38,465 nt of DNA, taken from the IMG/VR virus record IMGVR_UViG_3300018080_000066; one strand, written 5' to 3'. This document shows, piece after piece, positions 15,304-21,449 of the stretch (positions within the stretch are counted from its first letter, which is position 1; every line of letters begins with the position of its first letter). The notes under the pieces were generated by a model. The model searched no databases. It was not told the DNA's origin and saw only the letters and a list, made by a program, of their open reading frames with translations. Both the position numbers and the translations under genes were made by a program. The stretch comes from a virus.

Positions 15304-17484
15304 GTGGTGAAACGGAAGCGCAAGCGGCTGCCGCGATGGACGCCGGGGGCCAGACGATTCGTCCATGCCCTGGGCGAGCGGCTGGCCGAGCGGTCGGCCC
15401 AAGCGGCGGCCAGCGGCGAGGCGTATCGCCGGCATCGGGCACGGGTCGGCGAGGCCCAGGCCTCGCGGACGCGAGTGGGCCAGGAAATCGGGCCAATCCC
15501 GCCGCGCGCGGACTCGAAGCGGCACGAGGCGTGCCGGCGGGACCTGAAGCGCTTTCTAAAGACCTATTTCGGCGGGACGTTCGACCTGCCGTGGTCGAAC
15601 GACCACCTGAAGGTCATCGCGCGGATCGAGGAGACGGTTCTCCGCGGCGGCCTTTTCGCCCTGGCCATGCCGCGCGGCGGCGGCAAGACGAGCCTGCTCC
15701 TGGCGTCGGCGGTGTGGGCGGTGCTCTACGGGCACCGGTCATTCGTCTCCATCCTGGCCATCAGCAGCGACCGCGGCGAAGAGCTGCTGGGGGAACTGAA
15801 AGGGCAACTCGGTTTTCCGCGCGGGCCGCTGGCGGAGGATTTCGGACCGGAACTCGCCCCCTTCATCGCCCTGGAGGGCGAGCCGAGGCGGTGCCAGGGG
15901 CAGCGGTACGAAGGCCGGCCGACGCACGTGCGGTGGCACCAGCGGCGGATCGTCTTCGGTCGTGTGCCGGGCAGCGCCGCCTCGGCGGCGGTGATCTCGG
16001 CGGCGGGACTGACGGGCGGCGGCGTCCGCGGCCAGCGCTACACGCATCCCGGGACGGACAAACCGGCTCGGCCGGACCTGGCCCTGGTGGACGACCCGCA
16101 GGACGACGAGATTGCCCGCAGCGCCACGCAGCCGCGAACGCGGGCGCGGCTGCTGAACGGTGCCGTCCTGGGGATGGCGGGGCCGCAGCGGCGGATTGCG
16201 GCTCTGGCGGCCGTAACGGTCATCGCCCCGGACGACGTGGCGAGTCGCCTGCTTGACCGCAAGCGGTCGCCCGACTGGCGGGGCGAGCGGATGCAGATGC
16301 TCTACGGCGAACCGGCCCACCCGCAGGAGTGGGCCGAGTATCGCCGTCTGCGGGAAGAGGACCTGGCGGCGGGGACGCACAAGGCCGACGCCTACTACCG
16401 CAAGCACCGGAAACGCATGGACGCGGGGCTGACGGCGGCCTGGCCCGCCCGGTTCGACGCCGAGGCCGGGGAACTCTCGGCCATCCAGGCGGCGATGAAC
16501 CTGCGGTTCCGGGACGAGGATACGTTCGCCGCCGAGTACCAGAACGATCCCCTGCCGCTGGACGACGTGCCGGAGGACGCCCACCTGGTGCCGGCCGAGG
16601 TCGCCGAGCGGTGGAGCGGCCGGGCGCGCGGCGAGGTCCCCCTGGCGGCCGAGGCCTTGACGGCCTTCGTCGACGTGCACGACGAGATCCTCTACTGGTG
16701 TGCGTGCGCGTGGGAGAAGGATTTCTCGGGGCACATCGTGGACTACGGCACCTGGCCGGAGCAGAAGCGGGCGACCTTCGAGCAGCGGAAGCCGCCGCGA
16801 CCCCTTTCGCGGGCCTATCCCGGTCGGGGCGTCGACGGGACGATCCAGGCGGGCCTTGCCGACCTCGTGAAGATGCTGCTCGGCCAGGATTGGCCCGTGG
16901 CGGGTGGCGGCGGGGTCCGGCGCCTCGACCGTCTGCTCATCGACGGCGGTTACAAGCCGACCGTGGCGGCGGCGGTGATCCACCAGATGGGCGGGTCGGC
17001 GGCGACGCTTTCCAAGGGGGTCGGCATCACCGCCGGCCGCAAGCCGATCCACGCCTATCAGCGCAAGCCCGGCGAGCGGCACGGGCACGAGTGGTATTTC
17101 CCGCAGGTGCGGGGGACGCGGGAGTTTCCGCACCTGCTCTATGACACGAACTTTTGGAAATCCTTCACGGCGACGGCCCTGGCGACGCCCCCGGGCGACC
17201 CGGGCGCGCTGACCCTCTTCGGCGAGGGCGCCCGCGCCCACGCCCTCTTCGCCGAGCAGGTGGCCGGCAGCGAGTACTGGGTGGAGACCGAGGGGCGCGG
17301 GCGAACGGTCCGCGAGTGGAAGTGGCGGGCGAGTCGACCCGACAACCACTGGTGGGACTGCCTGGTGGCCTGCGCCGTGGCGGCGAACTTGGCGGGCGTC
17401 GCCGTGCCCGGCGCTCCGTCAGGTCGCGGCGGCAAGCGCAGGCGCTATTCGCGTGCCCAGCTGGCGCGAGGCACAAAGAGATGA
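15304..17484 (+). CDS. terL: Terminase large subunit (lambda GpA-like)
   Basis: 726-aa ORF with Walker A context LAMPRGGGKTS. The length, N-terminal ATPase plus C-terminal nuclease-like region, and pairing with a lambda-type portal all fit. GTG start after GGAGG. Confidence 0.88.
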   Translation: MVKRKRKRLPRWTPGARRFVHALGERLAERSAQAAASGEAYRRHRARVGEAQASRTRVGQEIGPIPPRADSKRHEACRRDLKRFLKTYFGGTFDLPWSNDHLKVIARIEETVLRGGLFALAMPRGGGKTSLLLASAVWAVLYGHRSFVSILAISSDRGEELLGELKGQLGFPRGPLAEDFGPELAPFIALEGEPRRCQGQRYEGRPTHVRWHQRRIVFGRVPGSAASAAVISAAGLTGGGVRGQRYTHPGTDKPARPDLALVDDPQDDEIARSATQPRTRARLLNGAVLGMAGPQRRIAALAAVTVIAPDDVASRLLDRKRSPDWRGERMQMLYGEPAHPQEWAEYRRLREEDLAAGTHKADAYYRKHRKRMDAGLTAAWPARFDAEAGELSAIQAAMNLRFRDEDTFAAEYQNDPLPLDDVPEDAHLVPAEVAERWSGRARGEVPLAAEALTAFVDVHDEILYWCACAWEKDFSGHIVDYGTWPEQKRATFEQRKPPRPLSRAYPGRGVDGTIQAGLADLVKMLLGQDWPVAGGGGVRRLDRLLIDGGYKPTVAAAVIHQMGGSAATLSKGVGITAGRKPIHAYQRKPGERHGHEWYFPQVRGTREFPHLLYDTNFWKSFTATALATPPGDPGALTLFGEGARAHALFAEQVAGSEYWVETEGRGRTVREWKWRASRPDNHWWDCLVACAVAANLAGVAVPGAPSGRGGKRRRYSRAQLARGTKR

Positions 17485-17666
17485 GCCTCGACAAACGGCC
17501 GGAGAAGCAGGGCCTCGAGTGCCCGCGGTGTGGATGCCGGCACTTCCTGGTGGTCTACACGCGGCCGATGCCGGGCGGGCGCATCCAGCGGCGGCGCGAG
17601 TGCCGGCACTGCGGCTGGCGGGTAACGACCGTGGAGCGGGTCGTGTCGTCGGGAGGCGCGGCATGA
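17481..17666 (+). CDS. Zn-ribbon protein of NrdR/Ogr-like pattern (regulator candidate)
   Basis: CPRCGC...x20...RRRECRHCGWRVTTVE. The ATG overlaps the terminase stop (ATGA). Confidence 0.6.
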   Translation: MSLDKRPEKQGLECPRCGCRHFLVVYTRPMPGGRIQRRRECRHCGWRVTTVERVVSSGGAA

Positions 17667-17896
17667 GACGGCGGAACGGGACGGCGCGGACGTACTGCCC
17701 GATGTGCGGGGTGAAGATTCCCGAGGGCCAGGTCGGCACCAGCGCGGGGCGGTCCGTCGTCTACTGTGTGCTGTGCGAGACATATTGGGTACTCAGCCGA
17801 CACGGCGCCCGGGCCGCATCGGTGGTGGAGCGGCGCCTCGCGCGCCGCGACCTCTTCGGGCGGAAGGGGCTGACGGAGCCGGTGGATGCGCCGTAA
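17663..17896 (+). CDS. Zn-ribbon protein (CxxC...CxxC), hypothetical
   Basis: CPMCG ... CVLCE. ATGA overlap with the previous gene. Confidence 0.5.
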   Translation: MRRRNGTARTYCPMCGVKIPEGQVGTSAGRSVVYCVLCETYWVLSRHGARAASVVERRLARRDLFGRKGLTEPVDAP

Positions 17897-17935
17897 TAGA
17901 TGCGCCCGACCGGCATCTGGGACGCGGGGAAATCT

Positions 17936-17977
17936 CCAAAAACGCGGTTTTTGGGCGAAAATCGCGGAAATTTTTTT
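17936..17977 (+). terminator. AT-rich hairpin CCAAAAAC-GCG-GTTTTTGG followed by a T7 run; terminator and/or UP-element region
   Basis: Perfect 8-bp stem at 17936-17954. TTTTTTT at 17971-17977. Located directly upstream of the promoter at 17999. Confidence 0.4.
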
Positions 17978-17998
17978 GGATTTTTCTCGGATTTTCCC

Positions 17999-18027
17999 TT
18001 GACAACCCGCCTAAATGGTCGTATAGT
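17999..18027 (+). promoter_or_regulatory. Consensus-like sigma70 promoter TTGACA-N17-TATAGT
   Basis: Perfect -35, 17-nt spacer, 5/6 -10, and A/T-rich upstream tracts. The post -10 sequence ATGGGTGGA resembles ATGGGGGA after the 10098 promoter. Confidence 0.65.
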
Positions 18028-18140
18028 ATGGGTGGAGGATGAGAGATGACGACGACAAACGCAAACGCGGCACGGGGCGGGCGGGCGGCGGCCGTCGCCC
18101 ACTCCATCCTCCCCCGCCCCGACCGCACAGAGGAGACTGA

Positions 18141-18162
18141 CCCGCCGCAATGGTGCGGCGGG
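18141..18162 (+). promoter_or_regulatory. Hairpin CCCGCCGCA-ATGG-TGCGGCGGG (9 bp), 16 nt upstream of an SD+ATG
   Basis: Perfect inverted repeat, followed by AGAGGAGGATGGAACGATG. Confidence 0.7.
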
Positions 18163-18178
18163 AGAGGAGGATGGAACG

Positions 18179-18334
18179 ATGGGTTATCAATGTGATCAAT
18201 GCGGTTGCGGGCTGGATCACGAGGAGTACGAAATGAACGAGGGCCTGTGCGACGCGTGCGTAGAGGAGAATGAGGAATGGGAAGAAAGACATGAGGACGA
18301 TGCCCGACCCGAGGCGGAGCATGAGGACGACTGA
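18179..18334 (+). CDS. Acidic Zn-ribbon miniprotein (51 aa; below the ORF-track cutoff)
   Basis: Hand translation gives MGYQCDQCGCGLDHEEYEMNEGLCDACVEENEEWEERHEDDARPEAEHEDD. GAGGAGG lies 8 nt upstream of the ATG. Confidence 0.5.
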   Translation: MGYQCDQCGCGLDHEEYEMNEGLCDACVEENEEWEERHEDDARPEAEHEDD

Positions 18335-18355
18335 CCCGGCCGAGAGTTCCAGCAC

Positions 18356-18377
18356 CCCGCTGCAATGGGGCGGCGGG
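18356..18377 (+). promoter_or_regulatory. Second, homologous hairpin CCCGCTGC-AATGGG-GCGGCGGG upstream of an identical SD+ATG block
   Basis: 8-bp stem with one G.U pair, followed by AAAGGAAAGAGGAGGATGGAACGATG. Confidence 0.65.
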
Positions 18378-18400
18378 AAAGGAAAGAGGAGGATGGAACG

Positions 18401-18979
18401 ATGATCGGTGTCAGAGTGGAACACAATAAGAAGTCGGGTCTTGCGAAGAAGCCGTACCTCGCCCGGCTGGAGCCGGACGGCTCGCGCACTTGGGCGGAGC
18501 GCGAGAGGCGGAAGCAGTGGACTCGCCTCTGGCTGGACGGACTCGCCACCGGCGACGTGGTGGACGGTCGAGCGGCGACCTGGACCGGCAGGGGCTTCGC
18601 CGGCGGCTACTTCTGCGCCATGGCCGTTGAAGGGCATGGCCTGGTCTCGATCAGTCGGGATGAGGCCGATGCCATCCTCGCCGCCCGGCGCGACGGCTGG
18701 TCGGTCATCGGCCTATGGAGCGTCGAGGATGGCGAGACGGCCCTCGATACCTTGACCGGCGAGCCGCTCGGCCCGACGCCGGAGCCGGGCGTCGGCGACT
18801 GCTCGGGCGTCGTCTTGGATCGCGGCGGCGAGCGCCGGCTCATGGTCCTGCCGACGCCCGAGGGGTACGGTTGGGGTCCGGCCGTCGCCCGCGTCGGCGG
18901 GGGCTTCCCGCTCGCCGACATGGTGCGGGAGTTCCCGCAGATCACCGTCTACGAGACTGAGGAGGCGTGTCATGCATAA
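18401..18979 (+). CDS. Hypothetical protein (192 aa)
   Basis: ATG 18401 lies in the duplicated GAGGAGGATGGAACGATG context. The track start at 18365 lies inside the hairpin. Confidence 0.6.
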   Translation: MIGVRVEHNKKSGLAKKPYLARLEPDGSRTWAERERRKQWTRLWLDGLATGDVVDGRAATWTGRGFAGGYFCAMAVEGHGLVSISRDEADAILAARRDGWSVIGLWSVEDGETALDTLTGEPLGPTPEPGVGDCSGVVLDRGGERRLMVLPTPEGYGWGPAVARVGGGFPLADMVREFPQITVYETEEACHA

Positions 18980-19277
18980 GTGCTGCGTCTGTAAGGATCC
19001 CATCGCGGGCGAACCCGCGTGGGAAGCAGAAATTGAAGGCGATACATATCGTCTTTGCCGCGCCTGCCGCGACGCTTGCCCAGCCCACGAGCCGCGGAAG
19101 ATCGTAGAGGCCTTTTACGCCCAGTTCGACGACGCCGCCGGCGGCTGGGACGACGACCGCGACCACGAGGATTTCCGGATAGGCCGCTATCTCGTAGTCG
19201 ACGGGCGGATTCCAGAGCATCTCGGTCCATTCGGTGAAATGATGACCAAGAACACCGTCGGTTCGGAAGGGTCGTGA
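18972..19277 (+). CDS. Hypothetical Cys-rich (CCVC...CRAC) protein
   Basis: 101-aa ORF overlapping the previous gene by 8 nt. Zn-finger-like Cys pairs and an acidic middle. Confidence 0.55.
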   Translation: MHKCCVCKDPIAGEPAWEAEIEGDTYRLCRACRDACPAHEPRKIVEAFYAQFDDAAGGWDDDRDHEDFRIGRYLVVDGRIPEHLGPFGEMMTKNTVGSEGS

Positions 19278-19507
19278 TGGCCGGCATCACCTGGTGGACG
19301 CCTGACCGACTGCAGGCCCTGGCGGACTTGGCCGCTGAGGGCCTGCAGTCGCCCGAGATCGCCCGGCGGCTCTCCCGTCGCTGCCGGCGGCGGGTGACCG
19401 CCGTGGCGGTGCAGCGGGCGGCGGCACGGGCGGGTATCCGTCTGCGGCCGGGAGCGCCGGCGGGTAACCGCAACGCTCGCCGCCGCGAGGCGGAGCGGGC
19501 GACGTAG
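19277..19507 (+). CDS. GcrA-like N-terminal DNA-binding domain protein (putative)
   Basis: W-T-x-x-R-x-x-x-L...EGLQSPEIARRL...VTAVAVQRAAARAGIRLR parallels the GcrA N-terminal pattern (WTDERV..L..LW.EGLSASQIA..LG.VTRNAVIGKVHRLGL). Confidence 0.45.
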   Translation: MAGITWWTPDRLQALADLAAEGLQSPEIARRLSRRCRRRVTAVAVQRAAARAGIRLRPGAPAGNRNARRREAERAT

Positions 19508-19533
19508 ACGGAACGACTCCAGGGTGTCCGCGC

Positions 19534-19563
19534 GGGCACCGGCCCCGGCCGACGCCCTTTTTT
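19534..19563 (+). terminator. Hairpin plus T6; candidate terminator of the 18000 cassette
   Basis: GGGCACCGGCC-CC-GGCCGACGCCC (imperfect) followed by TTTTTT at 19558-19563, 27 nt after the stop codon at 19507. Confidence 0.45.
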
Positions 19564-19704
19564 CGCGGCGGTCAAGTAAAAACCGCCCCCGCCCCATCTA
19601 CACATCTGTAGCGCGCATCTCTACGGGTAGACATGATTTTTAATCCGGATCGCATTCGTCCGTGTACGCGGCGCGGGGCGTCGTACAATGGGGACGTGGC
19701 AGAA

Positions 19705-19735
19705 CCGCCGGCGATCACGGCGCAGTCGCCGGCGG
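19705..19735 (+). promoter_or_regulatory. Perfect 10-bp hairpin CCGCCGGCGA-N11-TCGCCGGCGG in the late-gene leader
   Basis: Arms at 19705-19714 and 19726-19735, immediately 5' of the intrinsic terminator. Confidence 0.7.
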
Positions 19736-19740
19736 AGGTG

Positions 19741-19777
19741 GGCCGTTCGGGGCCGAACCTCCGGACGGCCTTTTTTT
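19741..19777 (+). terminator. Canonical intrinsic terminator: 10-bp GC-rich stem (one G.U), 10-nt loop, T7
   Basis: GGCCGTTCGG-ggccgaacct-CCGGACGGCC-TTTTTTT. It ends 15 nt before the gpW-like ATG. Confidence 0.8.
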
Positions 19778-19792
19778 GCGCGAAAGGGCACC

Positions 19793-19990
19793 ATGCCCGA
19801 CGAACTCGACGACACGATTCGCGAGAGCGCGGTCGGCCCGGCCGAGGCCGAGGCCGATGGCGTCTCGGTCGCTGGCCAGAAGCCGGAGGCCCAGATTGCC
19901 GCCGACCGGTATCTGGCGGACAAGGCGGCCCGCGCCCTTCACCCGGGGAAATCGTTTACGCGCGTCCAGATCGTCCCGCCCGGAGCCTGA
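19793..19990 (+). CDS. Small head-tail joining protein, gpW-like (by position and pattern)
   Basis: 65-aa product between the terminase region and the lambda-type portal. Ends in ...RVQIVPPGA. Confidence 0.5.
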   Translation: MPDELDDTIRESAVGPAEAEADGVSVAGQKPEAQIAADRYLADKAARALHPGKSFTRVQIVPPGA

Positions 19991-19991
19991 A

Positions 19992-21449
19992 ATGGGGTGG
20001 CCCTGGTCCAAGCCGAAACGTCGAACCACGTCGCTGGCGCGGAAGATGCGCCAGGCCCGGGCGCTCAAGGCCCGGTTCGATGCCGCCCGGACGACCCCGC
20101 AGAACCGCCGGCACTGGGCGGGGGCCGACAGCCTCAGCCCCGACGCCGCCGCCAACCCCGCAGTCCGCGCGACTCTGCGAAACCGGGCCCGGTACGAAAC
20201 CGCCAACAACTGCTACGCCAAGGGGATCGTGCTGACTCTGGCAAACGACCTCGTCGGGACGGGGCCGCGGTTGGCGATGCTGACGGGCGAGCCGGCCATC
20301 AACGCACGGATCGAGCGGGAGTTCGCCCGCTGGGCGGAGACGATCCGCCTGGCCGAGAAACTCCGCACCATGCGGATAGCCCGGGCCACCGACGGCGAGG
20401 CGTTCGGGCTGCTCGTCTCCAACCCCCGCCACGGCCACTCCGTCACGCTCGATGTGCGGCTGGTCGAGGCCGACCAGATCAAAACCCCGAATTGGATTCC
20501 AAGCCGGCGCCAGCCCGTTGACGGCATCATGTACGATGCCGCCCGCAACCCTGCCGAATACCATCTCCTGACCTCACACCCCGGCGAGACCCTGCTTGGC
20601 GCGGCCGGCGGGCACCGGCCCGTGCCGGCCCGCAACGTCGTCCACTGGTATCGGGCGGACCGGCCTGGTCAGTCGCGGGGTATCCCGGATCTCGCGCCGG
20701 CGCTGCCTCTGTTCGCGTTGCTGCGGCGCTACACGCTCGCCGTCGTGAACGCGGCCGAGACGGCCGCCGAGTTCGCGCTTTTTGTCAAGACGACGATGCC
20801 GGCGGGCGGGGAAGCGGCCGGCGGCCAAGACGACGAAGGGCTCGGCGGTCTGGAGATGGAGATTCAGCGGAACATGGCCTCGTTCCTGCCGGAGGGCTGG
20901 GAACCGGCCCAGGTGAAGGCCGAGCAGCCACCCACCACCTATCCCGATTTCAAGGCTGAAATCGTCTCAGAGATCGCCCGGGCGCTGGAGATTCCCCGGA
21001 ACATCGCGGCCCTCGACTCCTCGCGCCACAACTACGCCAGCGGGAGGCTTGATCATCAGATGTATATGAGGTCGATTCTCGTAGACCGCAAGGCTTTGGC
21101 GACCGCCGTGCTCGACAAGGTGTTCGGGGCCTGGCTCGCCGAGGCGAAGCGCGTGCCGGGCCTGGTGCCGGCGGGCGCGTGGATGGAGGAGGACGACCCG
21201 CACAGCTGGTACTGGCCGGGCATGGAGGAAGTCGATCCGCGCTGGGCACGGGCCAAGATGGACCTCGTCAAGGCCGGCCTTCTCTCGGAGGCCGAGTACC
21301 ACGCCGCCCGCGGCCGCGACTGGGAGGACGAACTGACCCAGCGCGAGCGTGAACGCGAGGCACGCCAGGAGCGCGGTCTGCCCCAGCCCGAGACCGTCCA
21401 GGCCGCGGGCGAAGCCTACCCGGAGGAGATGCCCCGTGGCCAATCGTAA
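19992..21449 (+). CDS. Portal protein (lambda gpB family)
   Basis: Internal ATG 19992. N-terminal pattern ...QNRRHWAGADSLSPDAAANPAVRATLRNRARYETANNCYAKGIV... is typical of lambda-type portals. About 485 aa. Confidence 0.88.
   Translation: MGWPWSKPKRRTTSLARKMRQARALKARFDAARTTPQNRRHWAGADSLSPDAAANPAVRATLRNRARYETANNCYAKGIVLTLANDLVGTGPRLAMLTGEPAINARIEREFARWAETIRLAEKLRTMRIARATDGEAFGLLVSNPRHGHSVTLDVRLVEADQIKTPNWIPSRRQPVDGIMYDAARNPAEYHLLTSHPGETLLGAAGGHRPVPARNVVHWYRADRPGQSRGIPDLAPALPLFALLRRYTLAVVNAAETAAEFALFVKTTMPAGGEAAGGQDDEGLGGLEMEIQRNMASFLPEGWEPAQVKAEQPPTTYPDFKAEIVSEIARALEIPRNIAALDSSRHNYASGRLDHQMYMRSILVDRKALATAVLDKVFGAWLAEAKRVPGLVPAGAWMEEDDPHSWYWPGMEEVDPRWARAKMDLVKAGLLSEAEYHAARGRDWEDELTQREREREARQERGLPQPETVQAAGEAYPEEMPRGQS

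Noticed and set aside
15739-17349. 536-aa minus-strand ORF antisense to the terminase gene.
   Set aside because: Low-complexity composition and no SD. The plus frame has a Walker A motif and terminase-like length.
18046-18195. A 49-aa ORF (MTTTNANAARGG...) starting 7 nt after GGAGG, right behind the 18000 promoter.
   Set aside because: It is plausible as a leader peptide, but it reads straight through the conserved hairpin, is Ala/Gly/Arg/Pro-rich, and overlaps the next start. The evidence is insufficient to call a gene, so it is mentioned only within the cassette finding.
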